A DNA stretch of 64,000 nucleotides from Selaginella moellendorffii (Eukaryota > Plantae > Lycopodiophyta): NCBI RefSeq assembly GCF_000143415.4, contig NW_003314290.1:1540454-1604453 (forward strand), given 5' to 3'. The notes below the pieces were generated by a model, which saw only the letters and a program-made list of their open reading frames with translations, was not told the DNA's origin and did not search any database. Both the position numbers and the translations under genes were made by a program. Shown one piece after another: positions 51,601-63,334 of this stretch (the stretch's first letter is position 1; each line of letters starts with the position of its first letter).

Positions 51601-52439
51601 GGAGGTGGTGAGAGTTCTCCTGGTCGGGGTGGAGGATCTTCCTGGAGTGGAGGGGCGAGCGCCGGTTGGAGTGACTGGGCGGCTGCTCGATGATCCTGGC
51701 CTGGACGGGCTCGAGTTTCCAAACGATGGTCGCCGGCTCAAGCTCGAGGTGGAGGATGGAGATGGCGAGCTCGGCCTGCGCGAAGGACTGGAGCTTCCTC
51801 TGGAGATTCTACTCGGCTGGAATGGAAGGACGAAGAAGATTAGAGATGGAGTGTGATTGATGAGAACTTACTCTTGATCTGGTGGTGGCACGAACGCTGG
51901 CGGCCTCGAGCTGTGCCTCGCTGGGGAGGTCGCGATCCAGCGATGGAAAGAGTGGCGTTCCTGGCGGAGTTAGCAGCCTATACCACGCGAGGAAAGGGTG
52001 AGAATTCTTGCAAGCGTTGCTCGTCCTGGCTATGGAAGCTTACCAGTCATAGTCGTTCTTCTCCGGCTCCAAGCCTAGCAGATCGTTTGGGCTCTTGTGC
52101 TGCAATGGCGGAGCCGTGGCCACCATCCGATACCCTGGAGCGCGAAATCCCCAAAACTTAGCGGACAACCCATCATGATTCCAATCATTCCAGCCAAGAG
52201 CACACGAAGAACACGCAAGAACACGAAGAACGCAGACAATGGGGCCTAAGAAACTCACGGAGCGACGCTTCGATGTCCTCCTCGGTGCTGGGATGGAGGA
52301 AGTGGATCCTCTCCCGCGCCTTCATCTCGTGGAAGAGCGCCAGATCCTCCTCGCGCTCCTTGCCGACCACAGCCATGGCGCTCGACCCTGTGCTGTGTCC
52401 CCTCCGATGCTGCGCTCCTTCTATTCCTCCGGCGCTCAT
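48601..52439 (-). CDS. Basic proline/serine-rich (BPP-like) protein with long acidic extension and C-terminal CaaX
   Basis: EEDLALFHEM, KNDYDW|LLTP, FASEPPPNLRTSMPDRP, SILFCSSIVHDLVYRAA. Ends SKSKCRCVIL*. Confidence 0.75.
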
Positions 52440-54591
52440 TCGATCGATCGATCCAATCCCTTCCGCGCAGCTACATTCCGGGAGCAACCCACTTGCTCGC
52501 GATCCAAATCCTCTCGTGGGTCGCCAGTCCTGGCTAGACCCACATCCCCGATCTTCTTCTTCCTCCTCTCGCCTCTCACACTTTCACACACACACACACA
52601 CACACTCTCTCTCTCTTTCACTCTTTCACCTCTTCCTCATTCCAGGCCCGTGCTTCCAATGCAGGAGCTGGAGCGTCCACGAGAATCCATGCCTCCTACT
52701 CTGCCACCCCTGATCGTCATCCATTGAGCTCTCCTTCCACCATAGCCGCCGCTATCGCAGAGCGCGCTTTAGAAGCTGCTTAGGAGGAGGAAGACGAAGA
52801 ATCCAGCACCGAGTGTCGATTTTGGCTCCATCATCAGCATCGGCGTCTTAGATCGTCTGATTCCATTGGTGGCATTGCTGTTCCAAAGAGAGAGAGAGAG
52901 AAGGGGAGAGGAGAAAAACCATTTTGTTCCTATACTTCTTTTGTGTGTTCTCTCTTCTCCTGTCTTCCATGGCAGGAAGAGAGAGAAAGAGAAAGAGAGG
53001 GAGAGAGAAGAGAGAGAGTCATGCCATGGAGAGATGCTCCAGAGATGCCCCTGGAGATTCCATGTTGTTGTGAGAGGAGATGATCATGGAGCATGTGGGC
53101 AATGCAGAGCAGCCAGCCAGCCAGCCATCTTTGTGCTTTGCTTTGCTTGTGTGCTTGGATTTTGGGCTGGAAGAGATTTTTAGCCTGGTTTTACTTGCCT
53201 TGGATTTTGCTTGGAGGCCTCCTTTCCTTCCTGTTGTTGTTCCCCCTTCTTTTTTTTTTTTTTTTTGGCCTGACTTGTGTGGCCTGTGCCAGTGTGTGCT
53301 GCAGCAGGATAGCAGCCAGCAGCAGCAGCAGCAGATGCAATGCAAAGGCAAGGCCAAAAGAGAGAAAGAGAAGTTTTTCTATTTTTTAAGAAAAAAAGGT
53401 AGATTAAATCTCTTGTTTTTCCTTTTTGAAAGTTTCAACCAAAGCACAAAATGCAGGGAGAACTTTATCCTATCAGGTGATTTGGGATCTCAGAAGAGAT
53501 TACAGTGGGGTTTAGGGTCAAATTGCAGAAGACTTTGCCATCCTTTATTTCTTTTCAATTGTTTTCTTAAGAGAGAGATGATTGCAAAGATGGTGACCTT
53601 TGCCCTAACACCACCCAATGCATGGACAAAAGGCCTGGGCCAGTCAAGGTGGATTCCATGTTCCTGTCAGGATCAAGCCAGGTTTAGTGGGGCTTTAGCC
53701 GGGTTTAACGGCGGTTTTAGTTTGGAGTTCAATGCCCCGTTCGGGGATTTCGATTGTCTCGAGGCGAAAGCCAAAGAGAATGTTGGTGCTCTTTCGCAGT
53801 CCTCCATTCCGTTTTCTCGCAGGATATATGTAGCACAAAAGCTGGAAGAGCTAGTAAGGACACTGTCTTTGCCAAGGACTTGGTGTAAAGGAGCGCCCAC
53901 CCTGCAGCGTTAGGTCTGGCATGACCGTACCGAGCCAAAGTCCCCCCCGAACCTACCGGTCAAAGCAAGCCAGGTAGAAAAGCAAAACCCACACTGGAGA
54001 ACATGATCCTCATGTGGAAGCATTCACTTCAAGTAAGAAAAGAATGGATTTGGAGGGGGAGAAAGCATTGCTTGGAAGTTTTCCACCACTCAAGGAGCAA
54101 TCACTGGGTGTGCTTTGAAGGAGGAATCTGGGGATTCCTTGGGCGATTCCGTTTGATCCCAGTGGATGATCCAGCGAGCAAAAGGATTTGGATTGGATTT
54201 AATAAGAGGGACCAGTGGAGTATGCTACAGATCCAGTTTCCTAGGTACTCAAGAGAGAAAGCTACTCTCCTGCAACTCCAAAGACTTTCAGGACGTAAAA
54301 ACACTATAGTACAATTATTTAAACAATCAGCGCAAAGAAACCATTTCCTCCGGATTTTCTCATTTATACTGTTTTGATTGTCTTCCAATATGTCATCATG
54401 GAATCGATGATCCGGCAACAGGGATTACACTAGATACACTTTAGAAACGAAACAAAGCTGGCTTGCCTCGGCTAGAAGACGTCTCCTTTGTCTGGACGTT
54501 CTTTTGGTCCTACACCAAGACGAAAGATCATTCCTTTTAATCCAACTCGTTAACGGGACGTGTAGCGACGGCAATTCTTCACAAGTTCCCA

Positions 54592-55029
54592 ATGAAGAAA
54601 CACTTGCTCCTGCTCGTGACAGCTACGGCTTCTCTGCTCATAAACACCCAGGTAAGAACCAAAGAGAGCGAGAGAAAAGAAAAGAAGAACACTCACCTCC
54701 AGTTTCCATTGATCCTTCTTCCACAGGCTTGCGAGCAATTCGCATTCTCCTGCCGTCCCATTGCGCTCGTCAAGTACTGGTTATATGCCAAGTGCGAGCC
54801 AATGTGGGAGCACCGATTCTTCAACTTGCAGGAGAGCTTGGGAAACTACAATGGTTTTATCATCTCCGGCAGTGGCATTTTTGATAGCTGCGACGTCGAG
54901 CTCCACAGCAACTTGATGCGTGCGGCGTGCCCCGACGGGAAGGGCAACAATATCACCACGGAAGCAGACCTCAATCACTACTTTGGAAACAATAACGGGT
55001 ATCTGGAATTCTGCGGCGTCCACATGTAA
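54592..55029 (+). CDS. Secreted cyanovirin-N homolog (CVNH lectin); intron 54652-54726
   Basis: Signal peptide exon, then two half-repeats: FAFSC..I.L...LYAKC...LGNYNG and IFDSC..L...MRAAC.DGKG...DLNHYFGNNNGYL. Six Cys. Confidence 0.85.
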   Translation: MKKHLLLLVTATASLLINTQVRTKESERKEKKNTHLQFPLILLPQACEQFAFSCRPIALVKYWLYAKCEPMWEHRFFNLQESLGNYNGFIISGSGIFDSCDVELHSNLMRAACPDGKGNNITTEADLNHYFGNNNGYLEFCGVHM

Positions 55030-55103
55030 ACAATCTCTGTGAGCGAATGACGAAATAAAACGAAAAACTTAACTGGCAAGTAGAAGAGATGAGGCTTCTT
55101 CCC

Positions 55104-57425
55104 TTACGTACAGCCACCGCTAACACCGCCACCGCCATGCCGTCTCTCCTTTCTAACTCTCGTTTCAGTGGGATCAAAGCCACCTTCGACAGCACCATAC
55201 ACAGCCCAGGCCGGGGTGGTTGCCATGTAGTCCTCACTGCTGAAGGATTCCCCACTTGTCACCTGGTGCAAGAAAAGCAAAGTTCTTTAGAAGCAAGGAA
55301 GCAAAGTGCATTATTCCTGTCTGCTCTGCCCGCTTACCAGCTCCTGGAACTTGTCATAGTCGATCCATGTATGCCACTGTCCGTCGGCTTTGAACTTGGA
55401 GACATTAGCCAGGAGAACACAGCACGAGTGGACGTGCTCACACGCCAGCTCGTACTCTCCTCGGGTCTCTGCAGATAACGCCTCCGAAAACTCTCGCACA
55501 TCCTCGTGCCAAGGAACGTTCTCCATGGTCAACGTTGATGTCTTAGACCTTGAAAACCAGAGAAACGGGTCTTTATGAGAGGAGCAAAAACCGAAAGAGA
55601 CTTACGAGCCACAGTAGGTAACTCCCTTGATCTCAATAAAGTCCGGCCTTCCCAGTTTCAAAAGCTCTGCGTATGCCGTAATTTCGGCGGTATTCCATCC
55701 TTTAACTAAAGTCAAGCGATACACCGTCCTCTGTTGCTTATCTAAAAGCGCCTTCAAAGAATCCTAGAGAAAAGAGAAAAGGAAGCTTAGCTTCGCAAAA
55801 GGAGCTTTGAATGCAAACGACTTACGATGAAACGCTCCCAATAGTCGCTGAAAAGAGGCCTGTCTATGGCTTTTAGCCTCTCCTTTGTTGCAGCATCAAC
55901 GCTCACGTATAGCTGCATAACCGTTTTCAGACACAGGGACACAGACAGAATTTAAGAAGCTTACCTGTGTGACGGGATGTAAAGATGCAATTTTGTCGGG
56001 GAACTGGGCATTAGTCACCAGAAACGTAGATATATGTCTCTTATGCAGCTCGTCGACCAGAGTGTTAATCTCCGGATACATGATGGGTTCTCCAACAAGT
56101 GACAGAGCACAATGCCTTGGACGAAGGCCTTCTTCCAGACGATCATCTTTCACACCTGAGCCAACATCACAGCAAAGCCGTGAGTTGAGCTACTTGCTAG
56201 GAAAGTACTTACCAGGGACGCCTTTCATTTGCTTGATCATCTTCTTATGATGATCCAGAGCAGTCGTCACTATATCCAAAGGATCATCCATCTTCCACTT
56301 CCACGACTTTCCAACGGGATTTGTATGGTGCCTCCAGCAGAAGACGCATTTGTTTGCGCACGCAAGGCTCGGCGTTGCCTCCATACATCTGAAAAGTACT
56401 TAATAACATCATGAATCATCGTAGGAAAAAGCAGAAATTTTCCCACCTGTGGCTCTCAATTCCATAAAAGGTATGCTTGTAGCAGCCACCACGACCGCGT
56501 AGTTGAGACTTTGTCCATCTACATAACTTCACTCCGCTGTGAGATCCAATTACCTTGTAGCCCTGCAAAGAAGGAAAGAGAAGAAACAAAGATAAGAAGT
56601 GGCCAACTCAACTTAAATCTGAGAAACAGATACCTGTTTCTCCAAGCTGGACCTGATAACGGGCGTCACCATCTCCTTCGCCTCTCCATCGCTAACGAGC
56701 TTTCCATTCGTCGCTCGAGGATACTTGCCAGCTAAATCTTCCAAGTCGAAATCCTCCTTACTGTCATCAAACTCGTCATCGTCGTCACTCTCATCTCCTT
56801 CAACCGCAGCAGCCGGTTCCACTGCGATGGAATCTCTCTCGAGAAACTCTTTCACTTTGCGAACGAGCCTTGCCGACCAGCCATCGAAAGTAGCATCTAG
56901 CCTGCCTCCATCGACGTCTCCCTCGCCCCTCTCCACCAATCTTTGCGCTCCCAGGTCCGCCATGTACTTCTCCACGGCTCTTCCGACGGCATTAAACTTG
57001 GAACCATACTCGCGGCTTCCAACGCCAAACACCGCAAACCGGCACTCGGCCAGCGCCTTTGATCCAACTCGAAAGTCCGTGGAGCTCTCGGCGAGCCAGT
57101 TCACGAAGAAAGCCGCGTGCTTGGGAGGATTCCCGTCCTCCCATGTCGACACGACCATCACCACCAGCCTCTCCTTGAGAAATTCCTCGGGCTCGTACCC
57201 GCTGGGATCGACCAGCTCCACTGGAATGCCCCTCTCGCCCAGCTTCCCAGCCAGGCGCTTCGCCAATGCGGCCGAAGTGCCCGTCTCCGACGCGAACAGC
57301 AGCTTCAGCTTGACAGCCCCGCCGCCTCCTACTCCATCATCGTTGCTATTGCACTCACCCTTGCAGCTGCAATCGCCAGCGCCACGATCGGCGCCTCCCG
57401 TGAGCCATCCCCGCAGCTTCTCCAT
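55104..57425 (-). CDS. TYW1: tRNA 4-demethylwyosine synthase (flavodoxin + radical SAM), multi-exon
   Basis: FASETGTS flavodoxin motif, GCYKHTFYGIESHR, CANKCVFCWR (CxxxCxxC), HCALSLVGEP, CEHVHSCC, WHTWIDY. Confidence 0.95.
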
Positions 57426-57546
57426 TCAAGAGCCCTAAATTGCCGAAGAACCCTAATTCGTTAAAACCCTGGGTTCTCGTACGGAGAGTTAAAACCGTTA
57501 TTTCGTACAAATCATACGTGTACGGGGTTAGACAATCCGTACAAAA

Positions 57547-60500
57547 TCACGAGGTCAGCTGGTCTGGAAGTTGCGCGTGAGGAGTTCCCAGTACCTTGCC
57601 TCCAAGATCGGGGAAGTTCTCGAAACCTGGGAGTGGCTCGAGCTTTCCTTCCGGGGTGACCTCCACCGGGTAAGGCATGAGATGGCCTTGCATATCGACC
57701 ACTTCCTCGCCGACATACTGCTTCCAGTTCTCCTCCGCCAGGTGATTTACACGGCGGACTGTTTCCACGCTTGCTGGATCTTCGAAACAATCTTCCACGC
57801 AAGCCAGATGCTCGGCCCACAGCGAAATTCTATGGCCATAGACCTGTAGAAACGAAGGTGAGTTTTAAGTTGATACGAGCGAGGAACTGAGCTTGCCTGG
57901 CCTCTGGGATGTTTCTGCTGTTGCTTCCACGTGTAGTTTGGCTGGAACGCTCCCATTGCTATTTCAGTGTCTCGGCAACCATCCATCGATCTCTGGTTGA
58001 TGTTTGCAGAGCCTATGATCACGTATTCATCGTCTACAATCATGCTTTTGGCATGAACATAGATAAGAAAACGGCCATTTTCTTGCACAGTATGCTGTCA
58101 CAAATAAAAAACTAAAAGATCTTAAAAAGCCCCGAGTGCAATAGTACCTGTTTCGACTTCTCAGGTGGTGGCTTCTCGGGCTCGTGATCCAGTTTCTCGC
58201 GATTGCCAAGGCAGTAGAAGTTTAAGTAGTCTCTGGGATGATACTCTTTGTCAAGTCCGGTGTCTGCTAGAGCTTTTGCAACCACACGATACATCATCTC
58301 CATGGTTTGTGCCTGGTTTAGATGAGAATACAAAGTGTCAATACTTCTATGCACTTAAAAAACGGAAGAATACTGGCCTGGAAATATAAGATTTCTTGTC
58401 CAGAAGCACTGTCGGGAGCGCCTTCCGGCCACATGGGTACAAGCACATACACAGCGAACCTTTTGCGTTTTCGGATATTAGCGTCAATTTTCAGAGCAAT
58501 CTCCATCGGAATTAAATGCGTTGCACCTGAGAGTATCGCGAATGTTAGCAACTAAAACATGAAGCCTTGAGATTATTACCAGCATTTTTATAGTCAGGCC
58601 AAGCATACGAAGAACCCAGAAAATACTGATTTTCAATGTAGATAAAATGCCGAGCAGACCTTATCCTCTCCACGTATGCGGCATGTATACTTTTGTCGAT
58701 AGCAATGTTCTTTCCGCAAATCAAATGCTGCTCAAACAACAGCTTGTATAAAACCCCATTCTACAGCTACGAAAATTACCTCGACTTCGGCACCCAGAGC
58801 ACTCTTTGGAAACCCTTTCACAGAACCGGAGTCAATCGAACGAAAGACCTGCAGGCTATTTCAGTCAGGATGAAAGGAGAAAACTTGCAACGCACTTGCG
58901 CATGCCATGTCTCTGGATCATCATGCTGTGATACTAGAAGCGCTTTATCCTCCTCCGGATGCTCCTTGATTGGACCAAGTATCCACGAAATTCGTGAGAT
59001 CTGAACCAGCTCATCGTCGTGCCAGTTCGAGGATTTCAACCATCGCTGCTCAAAATTTTTGAGACAGTCGTACGCAGCTGGACCTTCAAGCATGCAATGC
59101 TGATCATGCCAAGGTTGCCTTGGCCCTCCACTCTCGGCTGTTGCCTGCATAACAAAGTCAATCAAAAGGTCTCAAATTTCACTGACAACTTACCGAAAAC
59201 ATGGCGTTGTAGCAGTCATCTTTGTGAATTGTGGTTAAAGTGTTGAAAAGAGAGTGCTTTTGAGTATCATAACGACCATCGCAAAGGTCTAGACCTCCCA
59301 AAAATGAGGTGATCTTTCGAGTTTGTCCCGGGCCCTGAGTATCAGCTATTACCAGCTTCTGATGATGAGTATACAAGGTTCCCACAATCTGCACAGACAA
59401 CAATGATTTTTGTAAGAGTTATGATAAGCTTACCTTTTGTCTAAACCAGCTGAGCTTGTTGTCTCCATAGCGAGGAGAAAGGACACACTTCACTGCAGAA
59501 TGCTTAAAATATTTCTTTGTCTCCTCGTCGTGAGTCCCCATAACACCATCCTGGAAAGCAAGTTAAAAGTTAATAAAATAACTTACAAGCAAAGAAAGTA
59601 TCTTACGATTTTGAAGAACCTTGTCCTGTGAGACGTCTTGTCATCCCAAACAAGCAAGAGAACTCTCACACCCTCTGCAGACTTTTGCTTAAGAAGCTCC
59701 CCCAGTGTTAAGTCCGGCAAGTCCTTGTGACCAGTTCTCACCAGCCTGGTTCTATGAAAGACTGCCCACCCGATAATATACACGATGTGGTGAGCATCGA
59801 CAATTGCCCGGCAGAGATCCTCCCAGCAGCATTGCCTCACGAATTCCTGGCCATTGTCGAGACTTATCGGCTTGAGAGGAGGCACCTCCGCGTGAGCGTC
59901 TTGATACAGCCTCACTCGGCATCCTGTTCTAAGAGGAAAGTACACCTTCTCCACACCAATCCCCGGACCAACACCTTCGATGTAATTCCGATCTTCCTCG
60001 ACAGGAGTGTACTTGATAAAAAGGTTGAGCTGCGTATCCTGTTTCTGCCTTCCTCTGCTTAACAGCGGAAACCACCCCTCGATGGGCTTCTTCGAAAGAA
60101 CTTCCTCCGCTGGTATTCGGACCCTGCCGAGGACGTGAGGCCCAAATAAAAGCCCGTCGTCTTTCACGGTCAGCACAACTTCCGTCGCAAAATGACTTAC
60201 ATGGATGGATAATTGTTCGTTCCAGGATGGTTTTTTTGATATCCGGGTTCGACCAAGCCTTGCTCCCCCAATGCTCAAAACAACGTAGAGCCCCCGTTTT
60301 GGATATCGCGTCTTCTTGGATACTTTGGGATTGCAGGACATCGGAATTCGCATGCGGACGCAGTCTGTGAGCGGCCCCCTGAACACCAAGTTCTTGCAAT
60401 CCCCAATTCCTACCTCGAGCTTGCCGTAGAGCAAAAGATTTGATTTTTCTTCCTCAACAGTTTCTAGATCTGCCTCATTTTCCAGCTCTTCGTCCTCCAG

Positions 60501-60608
60501 TTCATGACTGCCATGCCGACGGAGGTGCCTGTGATGCTGCTTGGCAACTGAAGGTTGAGACCGGAGCCCTTGCGGAGGCGCAATGCGAGCCGATTCTTCA
60601 GCCGCCAT
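57547..60608 (-). CDS. PLD: C2-type phospholipase D (beta/gamma/delta-like), multi-exon
   Basis: C2 region, [18 protein letters not shown] and [11 protein letters not shown] (two HKD motifs), [24 protein letters not shown]. Ends LPDQLTS*. Confidence 0.95.
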
Positions 60609-60903
60609 TAAGCTCCTCTTGTCACCGCCTGAATTAAGATCGTCAAGTCCAAGAAACTTGAAATCACCTCAAGGTTTTGGAGTTGCTGCGCACTCAACGG
60701 GGTCAATGATACACTCGAATAAAGAAGACCCGTGTGCTGTGCTGGATTGCTGAATTTCTGCCACGAACAACCTCCAAAAGGACACGTAACGTTTGTCCTG
60801 ATTATCAGGAGGTTTATCATGCCCATCTCACGTACGTAATATTTTATAGTTCCTTCACATCAAAACATATATAAAGAAAGAAGAGACTGGATCTTTCTGT
60901 ACC

Positions 60904-62001
60904 TCAAGGCTGTGTCGTTAAGCTCGGCACAAAAATCCCCTCAAACGATTCTTCTAAGACGTGCCAGGAGCTCAGCTCAACGTTGAAAGCTACTGCTGGA
61001 GGAAAATTGGAGCTCCACTCTTCCGAGACTGAGTGAGAACCTCGCAGCAGCCGGGGGTACACCACCAGCATGTCTCCTGCCTGGACGAAGATAAAGCTTC
61101 CCTCCAGCGTAATCTCATTCAGTGTCAGGCTCGTAGATAAGATCCTCCAGGCCATTTTACAGCCCCTGGGTAACGACTGATTCCCAGGTACAAGCTCCCA
61201 TATCTCGTACCAGAGCTTCTTGTCGTCACTCAGCAATGCCGAAACTTGGATGTGTCTCCCCCTGTGATTGATCATGGAGCTGCAAACCATGATATCCAGC
61301 CTTTGATGGCTTTTATCCGGGAAGCCACAAACTTCCACCTCCGACCATGATCTCGAGCTCATATCGTAGCATATAACGCTGCCGGGAAGATTGCTCATGT
61401 AGAGCGAGCCTCGGAGATCCCTGGTAATGCAAGTCCCTGGCCTGTAGTAGCTAGCGTCGGTCACCCAAGTTTCCAGTCTGGAATCATAGATGAGAAATGG
61501 CAATGCTCCAAAGAAACCGACCTTGTACGAATTCCCAGTGGCGGCCACGGCCATGGTCGCCTGGTGGCTGCCAATGCTTGTAGGTGGCAATGGCAGCTGG
61601 TGCCACAGACCCTTCAAAGGATTTCCCACGTAGAGCGCCCCATTGAATCCCTGGCCGCACACCAGGCCACGCGAGGACGCCATAATCTGGAGCTGCGATG
61701 TTCCTGGCGGACGAAATGTGAAAGGGAACGCTACTCTGGGGCCTCCGACGGGACTCCAAACCTCGGATTTCGGCGGCGCTCGTTGCTGCTGCAGGGATTC
61801 TCGCCACGCCCGGACGCAAATCCACGGCGGCTGCGACCGCCTGGCGGATTTGCGCTTCCAGAGCTCGAGAAACTCGCCCGATCCGACGAGCGAGTGCCAA
61901 GACTTACACACGGATCGAATGCGGATGATGTCTTCGAGCGGCAGGAGCACAAAAATCTTGGCGATGACATCCCTTTGCGAGCTCCAGAGCCCTTCCTCCA
62001 T
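60904..62001 (-). CDS. F-box protein (intronless)
   Basis: DVIAKIFVLLPLEDIIRIRSVCKSWHSLV F-box, then ASSRGLVC...VGNPL..WHQLP. Confidence 0.88.
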   Translation of the reverse strand: MEEGLWSSQRDVIAKIFVLLPLEDIIRIRSVCKSWHSLVGSGEFLELWKRKSARRSQPPWICVRAWRESLQQQRAPPKSEVWSPVGGPRVAFPFTFRPPGTSQLQIMASSRGLVCGQGFNGALYVGNPLKGLWHQLPLPPTSIGSHQATMAVAATGNSYKVGFFGALPFLIYDSRLETWVTDASYYRPGTCITRDLRGSLYMSNLPGSVICYDMSSRSWSEVEVCGFPDKSHQRLDIMVCSSMINHRGRHIQVSALLSDDKKLWYEIWELVPGNQSLPRGCKMAWRILSTSLTLNEITLEGSFIFVQAGDMLVVYPRLLRGSHSVSEEWSSNFPPAVAFNVELSSWHVLEESFEGIFVPSLTTQP

Positions 62002-62203
62002 CGCTCCTGCCCTAAAACCCTACCCGTTGGAAGGGGGGAATATCCTCGCAAGGATTTTTAAAAATTTCCACCGGACACGTGGCAGCTTGAGATGAAAGCT
62101 CTTGGGATCTCGAATGCTTCAAGCTTCTTCCAATTCGCGCGGAAGAGAGAAGAGAAGGAATCAAAGGATGGCTCTGTAGGTGAAAATGCGGTGGATCAAG
62201 CTC

Positions 62204-63334
62204 ATGGCGCTGGATTCCCGATTCCTTCCAGCTCCAGCAGCGATCGCGTTCGCAATCGGCAGCGCCAGATCGAGAGGTCAATCGTCATTTCTCTGTTCTA
62301 GCCCTAGAAACAGGGGCCCTGCGCGATCGTCTTCCCTCCCAGTTACCAGGAGCTTCAAATCTATCGAATTCCACCGCAAACATCCAATTCAGCATGATCG
62401 GATCCCCAGTGCCATCCGGAGAAATCACGAGATTAAGATTGAGCCGGTTTCTATCCCAATTGGGCTTGGATTTCCACTCGAGAGCAGCAGCAGCAAGGAC
62501 CCAAATCCATCGATCAAAACGAGATTGCTCCACCGCACGCTCGAATCACAGCAAGAGGACACCATCGCCAAGATCCAGGAGATGGAGGACAAGATCCAGC
62601 GACTGGCCACGAAGCTGGAAGCAATCTCTCATGTCACAGAGGTCCAGATGAAGATCAATCGCGTCAATCTCTCCTATGGATCGGGCNNNNNNNNNNNNNN
62701 NNNNNNNNNNNNNNNNNNNNNNNNNNNNNNNNNNNNNNNNNNNNNNNNNNNNNNNNNNNNNNNNNNNNNNNNNNNNNNNNNNNNNNNNNNNNNNNNNNNN
62801 NNNNNNNNNNNNNNNNNNNNNNNNNNNNNNNNNGCCGCCCATCTCTTCAAGCACGAGTAGGCGCGCGTTGCCCAGGCAGTGATGGGATTGGAGGACATCG
62901 ACGATCCAGCCAATGGCCTGATGCTGTTCTCGCCGATCGAGTACTGCTTCGATCGCCTCCAGCTGTGTTTCCTGGTTGATCCGGAGAGCAGCGATGGCGG
63001 CCGCGATCAAATCGTGTGCCGCGTGCTGGATCCATCGATCCGGGACAGGCTGCTCGTCTCGGTGGCGGAGTCGAGAGGGAATTGGAGCGGCAGCGACGAT
63101 CCAGAGCTCGCCGCGCTCACTTTCGCGGCAATCGATGGGGCGAGGCTCAAATTCATCACGAATCACCGGCCACTGCGCGAGGCGCTCAATTTTCACGCGC
63201 GCCAGGCGAGGCTGCACGCAATCTCCAGGGGATGGATCGATGAGTCGTGGGATTTCCGGGACTTCTACACCGATCGCGAGAGGTGGGAGAAGATGAGAAT
63301 CTGGATTGACCAGAAATTGACCGACGTTGACTAG
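62204..63334 (+). CDS. HNH_2/Crinkler-type nuclease-domain protein spanning an N gap, with in-frame TAG at 62858-62860 (pseudogene or sequence error)
   Basis: AAHLF...DIDDPANGLMLFSPIEYCFDRLQLCF...TFAAIDG..L.F....RPLREALNFHAR. Predicted coiled coil before the gap. Confidence 0.65.
62687..62833. other. Assembly gap (147 N)
   Basis: Run of N. Confidence 0.99.

Noticed and set aside
53080-53913. 277-aa ORF
   Set aside because: Runs through poly-T and microsatellite promoter-type sequence, with no protein-like features.
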